Assembly: GCA_021847435.1 (NCBI GenBank)
Contig: JAJZRC010000004.1
Span: 1-40,217 of the forward strand
Origin: a bacterium
Lineage (GTDB): Bacteria; Patescibacteriota; Doudnabacteria; UBA920
DNA length: 40,217 nucleotides
Reading direction: 5' to 3'
Part shown: in pieces, positions 1 through 8,604 of the stretch
How positions within the stretch are numbered: the first letter of the stretch is position 1
How the letters are laid out: each line of letters opens with the position of its first letter
Notes under the pieces: generated by a model
The model's database searches: none
Told to the model about the DNA's origin: nothing
Seen by the model: only the letters and a program-made list of their open reading frames with translations
Position numbers and translations under genes: made by a program

Positions 1-452
1 TTAAAGCGGCCGTCAGCGACCAGGAAGGGGAAGCGGTTTTGTATTCAGATTTCGATGGTTCCGGTTTGGGTTCTTTGGCAAACCGGGATTTAAGGCACGC
101 AGGAGTAGTAATGAGCAATTCGGAGCAGGTAAAAACAATTACTCTGGATAATTTTTATGAAAAGGAGCAAATATTAAGTATAGATTTTTTAAAGTTGGAC
201 ACTGAAGGGTTTGAGTTTGCGGCGTTAAAGGGGGCCCAAAAGATTATCAAGGCCGGAAAGGTAAAATTTATTCAGTTTGAATTTGGCGGTACCGACATAG
301 ATACCAGAATATTTTTTAGGGATTTTTACTTGCTGTTGAATGAGAAATATAAAATATACAGAATTTTAAAAAACGGCCTTAAAGAAATACCTAAGTACCA
401 TGAATTAGAAGAAATATTTTTAACCACTAATTATTTGGCTGAATTAAAATAA
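1..452 (+). CDS. FkbM-family methyltransferase, 5'-truncated by the window edge
   Basis: Frame is open from base 3 (KAAVSDQEGEAVLY...). Motifs TITLDNF, IDFLKLDTEGFEFAALKGA and IQFEFG are typical of the FkbM family. Confidence 0.85.
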   Translation, partial: KAAVSDQEGEAVLYSDFDGSGLGSLANRDLRHAGVVMSNSEQVKTITLDNFYEKEQILSIDFLKLDTEGFEFAALKGAQKIIKAGKVKFIQFEFGGTDIDTRIFFRDFYLLLNEKYKIYRILKNGLKEIPKYHELEEIFLTTNYLAELK

Positions 453-456
453 GCAA

Positions 457-543
457 ATGCCTAAAGTTTCCGTAAACATCTTGACCAAAAACCGGGCGCC
501 GCTACTGCGGCAGGCGCTTTTGAACCCAGGTTTTCATTTTTGA
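457..543 (+). pseudogene. Duplicated 5' fragment (22 codons) of the downstream GT2 glycosyltransferase
   Basis: 455-523 matches 1491-1559 at 63/69 nt and translates MPKVSVNILTKNRAPLLRQALL, then diverges and stops at 541-543. Confidence 0.85.
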
Positions 544-560
544 TAATTCAGCCATTTTTA

Positions 561-569
561 TGGTATAAT
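561..569 (+). promoter_or_regulatory. Extended -10 promoter (TGGTATAAT), probably giving a leaderless transcript
   Basis: TGnTATAAT ends 6 nt before the ATG at 576; no SD sequence. Confidence 0.55.
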
Positions 570-575
570 TTATCT

Positions 576-854
576 ATGAGAAACGTGATTCCCGAATTCA
601 TCAAGCCCTACTTGTGGTCTTATGACACTGAAAAAATGGATCCGCAAGAGCATTGGCGGCTAATAATCACCAGCGTTCTAAACAGGGGCGACAGGCGGGC
701 TTTGGCTTGGATATTTTCAAATTACGCAAAAGAACAAATTAAACTTGCCGTGCGCGAGCCGCTTAAGGGCGCGTGGGATAAAAAATCTTTAAATTACTGG
801 GCGCTGATATTGGATGAAGCGTATAATCCCGGCGGGGTGGCGGCTTGGAGATAG
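576..854 (+). CDS. DUF6922-like small protein, putative partner/antitoxin of the adjacent nucleotidyltransferase
   Basis: LWSYD...IITSVLNRGD...WIF..Y...I pattern, directly upstream of an AbiEii-type gene. ATG 576 is preferred over TTG 540. Confidence 0.7.
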   Translation: MRNVIPEFIKPYLWSYDTEKMDPQEHWRLIITSVLNRGDRRALAWIFSNYAKEQIKLAVREPLKGAWDKKSLNYWALILDEAYNPGGVAAWR

Positions 855-859
855 CCTGT

Positions 860-1492
860 ATGGTTTTGCATTATGAGATTTTAGATCAAGCCAGGAAAGA
901 GATATTGCCTTTATTCGCGTCCCTTAAGGGAGCTTTCTATTTGGCCGGCGGTACGGCGCTGGCCCTACAGCTCGGCCATCGCGACAGCGTTGATTTTGAT
1001 TTTTTTACACCGGAAGAATTTGAACCGCAAAAACTGCTGGGTGAACTGCGGCGCAATTTTTCAGGCCACGGCCTTGAAATAATTCAGGAAGACAAAAACA
1101 CCCTTTCCCTGCTGGTGGACGGAAATATTAATCTTAGCTTTTTTTTCTATCCTTACCCGCTCATTTCAAAAGCGCTGGGGACGGAATATATGAATATTGC
1201 TTCCGTTGAAGACATTGCGGCAATGAAGTTGGTGGCCATAGTTAACCGTTCGGCGCAAAAAGATTTCGTGGATTTGTACTATATTTTAAACCATTACACC
1301 CTGTCCGGCCTGTTTGATATTGCCCGTAAAAAATTGCCCATGTATTCGGAACAATTGGTTTTAAAAAGTTTGGTCTACTTTGAAGAAACAAAACCGGAGC
1401 CTATAAAATTTATGCCAGGTTTTGAAATTACCTGGCCTCAGCTGCAAAAATTTTTTGTAAAAACGGTAAAAGATTTTTCAGGGGGCCTGTAA
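860..1492 (+). CDS. AbiEii/AbiGii-family nucleotidyltransferase (type IV TA toxin-like)
   Basis: FYLAGGTALALQLGHRDSVDFDFF, IAAMKL.AI..R...KDFVDLY motifs. Confidence 0.85.
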   Translation: MVLHYEILDQARKEILPLFASLKGAFYLAGGTALALQLGHRDSVDFDFFTPEEFEPQKLLGELRRNFSGHGLEIIQEDKNTLSLLVDGNINLSFFFYPYPLISKALGTEYMNIASVEDIAAMKLVAIVNRSAQKDFVDLYYILNHYTLSGLFDIARKKLPMYSEQLVLKSLVYFEETKPEPIKFMPGFEITWPQLQKFFVKTVKDFSGGL

Positions 1493-2239
1493 ATGCCTAA
1501 GGTTTCCGTAAACATCTTGACCAAAAACCGGGCGCCGCTTTTAAAGCAGGCGCTTTTGAGCGTATCCGAGCAGAGCTTTAAGGACTATGAGGTGGTTGTG
1601 GTCAACGATGGCAGCACGGATAATACGGATGAGGTATTACAAGATTTCAAGATTTCAAGATCGAAAGATTTCAAAATTATTAAACACGAAATATCGCAAG
1701 GGATTATTAAAAGCAGGCAGGAGGCGCTTTTGGCTTCAAGCGGGGAGTATGTTGCAGTTTTGGATGACGATGACCGGTGGATTGACGCGGACAAATTGAA
1801 AAAGCAGGTTGAATTTTTAGACAAGCATCCGGAAACGGTATTATGCGGAGGAGGAATAGAAATTACAAAATTACAAGATTATAAGATTGAAAAATTTAGG
1901 CCCAAGACGGATAAGCAAATTAGGAACAGCATGCTGTTTCGGAATAATTTTTTTACTTCTACCGTCATGTTCCGGCGCGCCGCGGCGCTTCATGCCGGAG
2001 GTTTTATAAACGATGGGGATGATTTTGCCGAAGATTATGACTTGTGGTTGCGTTTGGGCAAACTAGGCAAGATGTATAATTTTCAGGAGCCCTTTACCGC
2101 ATACCGCGTTCCTGAGTATAATAAGGCAAGATTTAAGGCATTTTTGGCCAAGCAGTCAAGGCTTATTGCCAGGGAAAAAGGCAATTATCCCGCGTTTTGG
2201 CTTGGCGGCGCCATACTGAGATTAAGGCAAATTCTATGA
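1493..2239 (+). CDS. Glycosyltransferase family 2
   Basis: VVVVNDGSTD, GEYVAVLDDDD and AEDYDLWLR motifs. Confidence 0.92.
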   Translation: MPKVSVNILTKNRAPLLKQALLSVSEQSFKDYEVVVVNDGSTDNTDEVLQDFKISRSKDFKIIKHEISQGIIKSRQEALLASSGEYVAVLDDDDRWIDADKLKKQVEFLDKHPETVLCGGGIEITKLQDYKIEKFRPKTDKQIRNSMLFRNNFFTSTVMFRRAAALHAGGFINDGDDFAEDYDLWLRLGKLGKMYNFQEPFTAYRVPEYNKARFKAFLAKQSRLIAREKGNYPAFWLGGAILRLRQIL

Positions 2240-3543
2240 CAACCGGAAGAAAAAGTTTGAATTTTTGGGCTATTCTGCTGCCGGACGCGCTGTTGTTTTA
2301 CGCCGGGCTCTGGGCGGCAATTTTAATCCGCTATCGCGGCGGCCTTATGCCGGACCAGATGCGTTCGCATTATGAGGCGTTTACGCCGATTTTTGCCATG
2401 TGGCTGGTGGTTTTTTTTATCCACGGGTTGTTTGAGTCCGCCTCTTTCAGGCGCTATTCCAGCCTGGTTTTCAACCTGGTTTCCGCCATGACGGTAAATG
2501 TCCTGCTGGCTATTTTGTACTTTTATTTCCAGCCAGGACTGATTTTAACGCCCAGGAGATTTTTGCTGATTTCGGCCGGCATCTCTTTTTTGCTGGTCCT
2601 GGCCTGGCACTTGCTGGTTAAATATTTTGTCAAAAACCGCCTGGTGGAAGGCGTGTATTTGTTTTCCTTCAACAACGAACTAAAAGAGCTGGAGCAGGCA
2701 ATTGCCGAACAGAGTTATTTGGGCTATAAGATTTTGGGGCATTTAAATGAACAGGCGCTGGAAACTGCGCGGTTTGAAAAAAGCGCAAATATCATTCTGC
2801 CCGACAATTTGCAGGCCAATTCCAAAGTCTCTGCTAAATTTTATGAATTGAGGAATTTGGGGGTAAAATTTTTCAACCACAAGGACTTTTACGAGCAGCT
2901 GCTTAGAAAGGTCTATCTGTCCCAACTGAGCGAACTGTGGTTTTTGGAAAATATCAACTATCAGGAAAAACGCTTTTATAATCTGATTAAAAGGCTTACC
3001 GATATGCTGCTGGGCCTGGCCGGGTTTGTAATTTTTGCGTTGAGTTTGCCATTCTGCGCTTTGCTGATTAAGCTGGCCAGCCCGGGATCCGTCTTCTTCG
3101 TGCAGGAGCGGGTCGGCAAAAAAGGCAGGCTGTTTAAAGTTTATAAGTACCGCACCATGAGCGGCGGGCCCACTAACACCTGGACCGGGGTCAACGATCC
3201 GCGCATAACCAAGGCGGGCAAGTTTTTGCGCAAAAGCCGCATTGACGAGCTGCCGCAGTTCATCAACCTGTTGGCCGGTACCATGAGCCTGGTCGGGCCG
3301 CGGCCGGAACAGCCCCACATTGTGGAGCAGCTAAAAACCCAAATCCCTTTCTATGATGAGCGCCATTTGGTGAAGCCGGGGATTACCGGCTGGGCGCAGC
3401 TGAACATCTACGCGGGCAGCCTGGAGGAAAGCCGGCTAAAGCTCCAATACGATTTGTATTACATCAAACACCGCGGTTTTCTTTTTGACTTGGAGATTAT
3501 CCTAAAAACTATTTATTACATCTTTACCTGGCAGGGGAGATAA
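2236..3543 (+). CDS. Polyprenyl-phosphate sugar phosphotransferase (WcaJ/WbaP-like priming transferase)
   Basis: N-terminal TM helices; KYRTM, DPRITKAGKFLRKSRIDELPQ, MSLVGPRPE, VKPGITGWAQ. ATG 2236 overlaps the GT2 stop (ATGA). Confidence 0.92.
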   Translation: MTTGRKSLNFWAILLPDALLFYAGLWAAILIRYRGGLMPDQMRSHYEAFTPIFAMWLVVFFIHGLFESASFRRYSSLVFNLVSAMTVNVLLAILYFYFQPGLILTPRRFLLISAGISFLLVLAWHLLVKYFVKNRLVEGVYLFSFNNELKELEQAIAEQSYLGYKILGHLNEQALETARFEKSANIILPDNLQANSKVSAKFYELRNLGVKFFNHKDFYEQLLRKVYLSQLSELWFLENINYQEKRFYNLIKRLTDMLLGLAGFVIFALSLPFCALLIKLASPGSVFFVQERVGKKGRLFKVYKYRTMSGGPTNTWTGVNDPRITKAGKFLRKSRIDELPQFINLLAGTMSLVGPRPEQPHIVEQLKTQIPFYDERHLVKPGITGWAQLNIYAGSLEESRLKLQYDLYYIKHRGFLFDLEIILKTIYYIFTWQGR

Positions 3544-3546
3544 AGG

Positions 3547-3762
3547 TAGGACTTACGCACCGCCGCTTTTTGGGCGGGCAGAGCCCACCCCATAAAAAGC
3601 GGCTCCGGCCAATTTCTTCGTTATTTTCCTGCGGTTTTTATCGGCGTAACCCGGCTACGCCTCCAAAAATCCCTGCCTGCCGGCAGGCAGGCTCGGAAAA
3701 TGCCCTCGCCTCGCTGAAGCTCCGGCGAAGCGGGTCGAACTTGGCTCAGTGCGAAAGTCCTA
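3547..3762 (+). mobile_element. MITE family A, copy A1 (216 bp, carries both micro-palindrome inserts)
   Basis: TAGGACTTACGCA...TGCGAAAGTCCTA ends; AAAGG duplicated at 3542-3546 and 3763-3767. Confidence 0.9.
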
Positions 3763-3885
3763 AAAGGGTAAAAATTTTAAATTTTAAATTTCAAAATCCG
3801 AACCACTAAAAATTTGGAGTGTTATGCCAATGTGTGGTATAATGTTTTAGGAATTTTCGTTTTGAAATCAAAATTTTAAAGCAAA

Positions 3886-5640
3886 ATGGACAAACAGCAG
3901 TTAAACCAGTTGCTCAAAGACAACAAGATTATCAGCGCCGACAAATTGGAGGTTTTGGAAAAGGACCGGATGCAGCTGAAATCGCCTTCCCCATGGGAGG
4001 ATTTTTTGGTTGAGAAAAAGGTCATATCCGAGGCAAAACTTTTGGAAATCAAGTCCAAGGCGCTTGGGGTCCCCGTGGCAGACTTAACCAGCCAGCAAAT
4101 CGCCCAGGACGTATTGAACATGGTGCCTGAGCCCATTGCTCACCGCCACCAGGTAATCAGCTTTGCCAAGACCAAAGAGGAGCTCTCTTTAGCCATGACC
4201 GACCCGGAGGACATCCAGACCAAAGAGTTCATCCAGAAAAAAACCGGTCTTGCAATCAAGGCGTATTTAATTGGCAAAACCAGCCTGGAATTTGGCTTGT
4301 CCAAGTACCATTCTTCGTTGGAAAAAGAGATTAAGCACCTGTTTACGCCGGAAGTTAAGCCCGCGTCCCCAAACGCAGAGATCCAATCCAGCCTGGATGA
4401 CGCTTTAAAGAAAATGGCAGAGGAGGTTCCCGTCATTCGCGTGGTGGACACCTTTTTGGAGTACGCGGTATTTGAAAAAGCGTCCGACATCCACATTGAG
4501 CCGCAGGAGAGCTCGGTGGTGGTGCGCTACCGCATTGACGGGGTGCTTCATGATGTCATGACCCTGCCTAAAGTCATCCAGGCGGCCATTGTGGCGCGCA
4601 TTAAGGTGCTTTCCAACCTAAAAATAGACGAACATCGCCTGCCCCAGGACGGCCGGTTCAAAATAGATAAAGACGGTTATAAGTTTTCTTTGCGCGTTTC
4701 CACCATTCCCATTTTCGACGGGGAAAAGGTGGTTATCCGCCTTTTGGACGAATCGGCCAAGGCTTTGAGCCTGGAGGAACTGGGTTTTGAAAAGGATTCC
4801 TTGGACATTATCAGCCGCAACATAAAAAAACCCCATGGCATGCTTTTGGTAACCGGCCCTACGGGAAGCGGGAAGTCCACCACCTTGTATACCGTGCTGT
4901 CCATGCTCAACACCAAATCCGTGAATATTTCAACCATTGAAGACCCGGTGGAATACCGTATTGTCGGGGCAAACCAGATGCAGGTAAACCCTAAAATCGG
5001 CCTGACTTTTGACGTGGGGCTGCGCGCCTTGCTCCGCCAGGATCCGAACATCATTATGATCGGTGAAATCCGCGACCGGGAAACCGCGGAAGAAGCCGTG
5101 CACGCGGCCATGACCGGACACATTGTGTTTTCCACCCTGCACACCAACAGCGCGGCCGCGGCCCTCCCCCGGCTATTGGACATCGGCGTGGAGCCTTACC
5201 TCATTGCCTCAACCGTTAATGCCGTGCTGGCCCAGCGGTTGGTGCGCGGAGTATGCAAGGACTGCCAGGCGGCTTACAAGCTGGAGGAGGCCGCCCTGGA
5301 GAATTTGTCCAAACAATTCCACATGGAGAAACTGCTTCCGGTTTTGCTGAAACAGGGCGCGGTTCCGTCTAAAACCAAGACACTTCAGGATTTAAAATTC
5401 TATAAAGGCCAGGGCTGCGACAAGTGCGGCCATACCGGGTATAAGGGCCGCCTTGGCATCCATGAAATTCTGGAAGTTACGCCCCAGGTTTCGCAGATGA
5501 TTATGGAGCACAAAAGCGCCCAGGAAATCCAGGACCAGGCGGAAAAAGACGGTATGGTGCTAATGTGGCAGGATGGCTTCATTAAGGCGATAAAAGGGAT
5601 TACGACCATCGATGAAATCGTCCGGGTAAGCAAGGAGTAG
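3886..5640 (+). CDS. pilB: Type IV pilus assembly ATPase PilB/GspE
   Basis: ASDIHIEP, Walker A GPTGSGKST, TIEDPVE, LRQDPNIIMIGEIRD, STLHTN and two CxxC Zn motifs. Confidence 0.93.
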   Translation: MDKQQLNQLLKDNKIISADKLEVLEKDRMQLKSPSPWEDFLVEKKVISEAKLLEIKSKALGVPVADLTSQQIAQDVLNMVPEPIAHRHQVISFAKTKEELSLAMTDPEDIQTKEFIQKKTGLAIKAYLIGKTSLEFGLSKYHSSLEKEIKHLFTPEVKPASPNAEIQSSLDDALKKMAEEVPVIRVVDTFLEYAVFEKASDIHIEPQESSVVVRYRIDGVLHDVMTLPKVIQAAIVARIKVLSNLKIDEHRLPQDGRFKIDKDGYKFSLRVSTIPIFDGEKVVIRLLDESAKALSLEELGFEKDSLDIISRNIKKPHGMLLVTGPTGSGKSTTLYTVLSMLNTKSVNISTIEDPVEYRIVGANQMQVNPKIGLTFDVGLRALLRQDPNIIMIGEIRDRETAEEAVHAAMTGHIVFSTLHTNSAAAALPRLLDIGVEPYLIASTVNAVLAQRLVRGVCKDCQAAYKLEEAALENLSKQFHMEKLLPVLLKQGAVPSKTKTLQDLKFYKGQGCDKCGHTGYKGRLGIHEILEVTPQVSQMIMEHKSAQEIQDQAEKDGMVLMWQDGFIKAIKGITTIDEIVRVSKE

Positions 5641-5650
5641 AAAGTGAATT

Positions 5651-5742
5651 ATTCTAATTTAACTAATTTCTAATTATTCTAAATGTTTTAAAAAAACCGG
5701 AAACGTAGACTTAGGTAATTAGTGCAATTAGGTCAATTAGGA
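5651..5742. repeat. Two opposed arrays of ~9-nt degenerate repeats (CTAAT x4, then ATTAG x4)
   Basis: CTAA(T) at 5654, 5663, 5670, 5679; (A)TTAG at 5711, 5718, 5727, 5736. Confidence 0.55.
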
Positions 5743-5751
5743 ATTTTCTAT

Positions 5752-6960
5752 ATGGATTTCGTCTATTCCGCCATCAATAAAGCCGGGCAAAAGGAAACTG
5801 CCACCATACAGGCGCCCAATGTCATTGCCGCCGGACACATGCTCAAGGAGCAGGGGCTGACCGTTACCCGCTTGCAGGAAAGCGGCAAGAAGTCTTTTTT
5901 TAAATCTTTGGAAAATTTTTCCACCATTTCCCTTGATGAAAAAATCAATTTCGTGGAAAATTTAAGCGTAATGCTTAAAGCGGGCATCTCAATCAGCCGC
6001 GGCCTGCAAATCCAGGTCAGGCAGACAAAAAACACGAAATTTAGGAATATTCTAACCGATGTTTATAATCAGGTACAGCAGGGCAAAGGTTTGTCCGAGG
6101 CCCTTGAGAAATACCCGGGTATTTTTTCCAACATTTTTTACAGCATGATCAAGGTCGGGGAAGTGTCCGGCAATTTGGACAAAAGCCTGGAATATTTGAG
6201 CATACAGCTGCACCGCGAGGCGGATCTTAAGAGCAAGACCAAAGGCGCCATGATCTATCCTTCGGTAATTGTGGCTGCCATGCTGATTGTGGGGGTGCTT
6301 ATGTCGATTTTCGTACTCCCCAAATTAACCTCGGTTTTCAAGGAGTTCGGCGGCACCTTGCCGCTGACTACGCGCATAGTCATCGCGTTTGCCGATTTTA
6401 TGAGCGCCCACGCGGTCATGGTCCTGCTGGCGCTTGCCGCTGCCGTGGCTGCCGCGGTATCTTTTTATAAAACCCGCGAGGGCCAAAAGCTTTTTGACAA
6501 CTTTATTCTGCGGTTCATGGTGGTAAATGCCATAGTCAAGAAAATTAATTTAGCCAGGTTTGCCCGCATCTTAAGTTCGCTGTTAAAAAGCGGCATCCCA
6601 ATAGTCCAGGCCCTGGAAGTGGCCAGCAATTCTCTGGACAATATTCCTTACCAAGAGCTGGTGAGGCAGGCAGCGGCAGACGTGAAATTAGGCAAGCCTT
6701 TGACCGAAACTTTAGGAAAAAATGAGAATTTATTTCCGGTTTTGGTCGTTCAAATGATCCAGGTGGGGGAGGAGAGCGGCACTGTGCAGGAAATTTTGGA
6801 GCAATTGGCCGTGCATTACGAGGAAGAGGTGGACAGTACTTTGCGCAACCTGTCTTCGGTTATTGAGCCGCTTCTGCTATTATTTATAGGTGGGGTGGTC
6901 GGCGTTTTAGCCATGGCTCTCATTGCCCCCATTTATAACATTAGTCAAACCATACAATAA
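5752..6960 (+). CDS. pilC: Type IV pilus inner-membrane platform protein PilC/GspF
   Basis: Two T2SSF repeats (GEVSGNL, GEESGT), AMIYP and IEP motifs. ATG 5752 is preferred. Confidence 0.92.
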   Translation: MDFVYSAINKAGQKETATIQAPNVIAAGHMLKEQGLTVTRLQESGKKSFFKSLENFSTISLDEKINFVENLSVMLKAGISISRGLQIQVRQTKNTKFRNILTDVYNQVQQGKGLSEALEKYPGIFSNIFYSMIKVGEVSGNLDKSLEYLSIQLHREADLKSKTKGAMIYPSVIVAAMLIVGVLMSIFVLPKLTSVFKEFGGTLPLTTRIVIAFADFMSAHAVMVLLALAAAVAAAVSFYKTREGQKLFDNFILRFMVVNAIVKKINLARFARILSSLLKSGIPIVQALEVASNSLDNIPYQELVRQAAADVKLGKPLTETLGKNENLFPVLVVQMIQVGEESGTVQEILEQLAVHYEEEVDSTLRNLSSVIEPLLLLFIGGVVGVLAMALIAPIYNISQTIQ

Positions 6961-6974
6961 GCTTGCATCTATTT

Positions 6975-8039
6975 ATGAGCCTGCATTTCATGCCTGAAAA
7001 TTTACCTGCCTTCGGCCTTGATTTAAGCGGAAATTCGTTTAAGGTCATGCAGCTGCACAATAAAGGCAAAAAAATAGCCTTAAAGGGTTATGCAGAGGCG
7101 GTTCTGCCCAAAGGCATGATGGTTAATGATGCCGTTACCGATGCCAAGACTTTTCAGTTTATGCTCAAGCAGGCGCTGAATAAGCCGCAGTTCGGCAAAA
7201 TTGACACGAATTATGCGATTGTCAGCCTGCCGGAGTCCAAATCTTTTGTCCGCGTGGTACAGATACCGTTAATGAGCGAAGCGGAAGCGGAAAGCGCCGT
7301 GCCGTTTGAAGCCGAAAGCTTTATTCCTCTGCCAATTGATCAGGTTTACATGGATTGGCAAAAAATCGGCATAAGCGGGGACAAAATGGATATCTTGATG
7401 ATTGCTTCCCCCAAGGAGTTTGTGGACAAATATCTTGAAGTTCTGGAAAAGGCCGGCATTACTCCGGCGGCTCTGGAAGTGGAATCCCAGAGCTGCCATC
7501 GGGCTTTGATTCCATCTGAATCTCAAGAGACCGTACTTATCATAGATATGAATACCCATCGCACCAGCTTGATTATGGTAGAAAATGGAAGTTTGCAATT
7601 TACTTCCACCATTCCGATCGGCGGAGGCTCTTTTACCGAAAGCATTGCCAGATCGCTCGGGGTATCCAGCATTAAAGCCGAGGAAATCAAGGTAAAGGTA
7701 GGCTTGGCAAACACGGCGGAGTATCCGAACATCCGTACCCAGCTTTTGCCCGCATTGACCAATTTAAGCGCTGAAATCAGGAATATTTTAAAATTCCACA
7801 GCGAACATTCCGAGAAGCAGGTCAGCCGGATAGTTTTGGCCGGGGGGAGTTCCCGGCTTAAGAATTTGGCGGAATTTTTATCCGCCCAATTGCAGGACGC
7901 GGGCGTCCAAAGGGTTGGCTTGGCCGAACCTTGGCAGAATCTCGGCATGGCTCAGCCGCCCATGGACCCGGAAGAGAGTCTTGGCTATGTTACGGCAATC
8001 GGTTTGGCTATGCGCGGGGTTAATTATAAAGTATTTTAA
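6975..8039 (+). CDS. pilM: Type IV pilus assembly protein PilM
   Basis: Actin-like fold motifs FGLDLS, IIDM, LAGGSS, AIGLAMRG; operon context. Exact start is uncertain. Confidence 0.88.
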   Translation: MSLHFMPENLPAFGLDLSGNSFKVMQLHNKGKKIALKGYAEAVLPKGMMVNDAVTDAKTFQFMLKQALNKPQFGKIDTNYAIVSLPESKSFVRVVQIPLMSEAEAESAVPFEAESFIPLPIDQVYMDWQKIGISGDKMDILMIASPKEFVDKYLEVLEKAGITPAALEVESQSCHRALIPSESQETVLIIDMNTHRTSLIMVENGSLQFTSTIPIGGGSFTESIARSLGVSSIKAEEIKVKVGLANTAEYPNIRTQLLPALTNLSAEIRNILKFHSEHSEKQVSRIVLAGGSSRLKNLAEFLSAQLQDAGVQRVGLAEPWQNLGMAQPPMDPEESLGYVTAIGLAMRGVNYKVF

Positions 8040-8047
8040 CTAATGCA

Positions 8048-8602
8048 ATGAGAGTTATTAATTTGCTGCCTAAAAATAAACAGAAAGAGCTGCGGTATGA
8101 GGCCATGTTCCATAGCCTGTTGTCCTTTTTTACCTTGTCCCTTTTGAGTTTTGCCCTGGTATTCGCCGTCCAGTTAGGCGCCAAATTTATTTTAAAAGCC
8201 GAGGCGGAAAGCTATAAGGCCCAAATTGCCGAATTGCAGGGCCAGGTCAATAAAAAGGAAAATGCGGAGACCAAGTCCAAAATCAAGCAGATTAACGATA
8301 CGGTTAGCGATTTCAAGACTCTTGCTTTGAGTTCCCCCAAATATTCCCAAGTTTTAAAAGCTTTCGCCAAACTGCCACCCCCCGGAGTGTCAATCGACAG
8401 CGTGAGCATTGATTTTAACAAAAAAAGCATGATGGTTACCGGCCAGGGAGAAACCCGCGAAGCGATCATTCAAATGTATAACAACATCAAAGCCGACGGT
8501 GCAAATTTTTATAATGTGGATTACCCTTTGGAAAACGTGGTGCTTCCTTCCAAGCAGAGCTTCCACTACACTTTTTATATTCGCGACAGCTTGTTGAAAT
8601 AA
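8048..8602 (+). CDS. PilN-like protein
   Basis: N-terminal INLLP PilM-binding motif, one TM helix and a coiled coil. Confidence 0.78.
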   Translation: MRVINLLPKNKQKELRYEAMFHSLLSFFTLSLLSFALVFAVQLGAKFILKAEAESYKAQIAELQGQVNKKENAETKSKIKQINDTVSDFKTLALSSPKYSQVLKAFAKLPPPGVSIDSVSIDFNKKSMMVTGQGETREAIIQMYNNIKADGANFYNVDYPLENVVLPSKQSFHYTFYIRDSLLK

Positions 8603-8604
8603 TT

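Noticed and set aside
3570-3809. 79-aa ORF (also ORFs 9780-10004, 12265-12489 and 17839-18021)
   Set aside because: They lie largely within MITE A or family B elements and are chance open frames in repeats.
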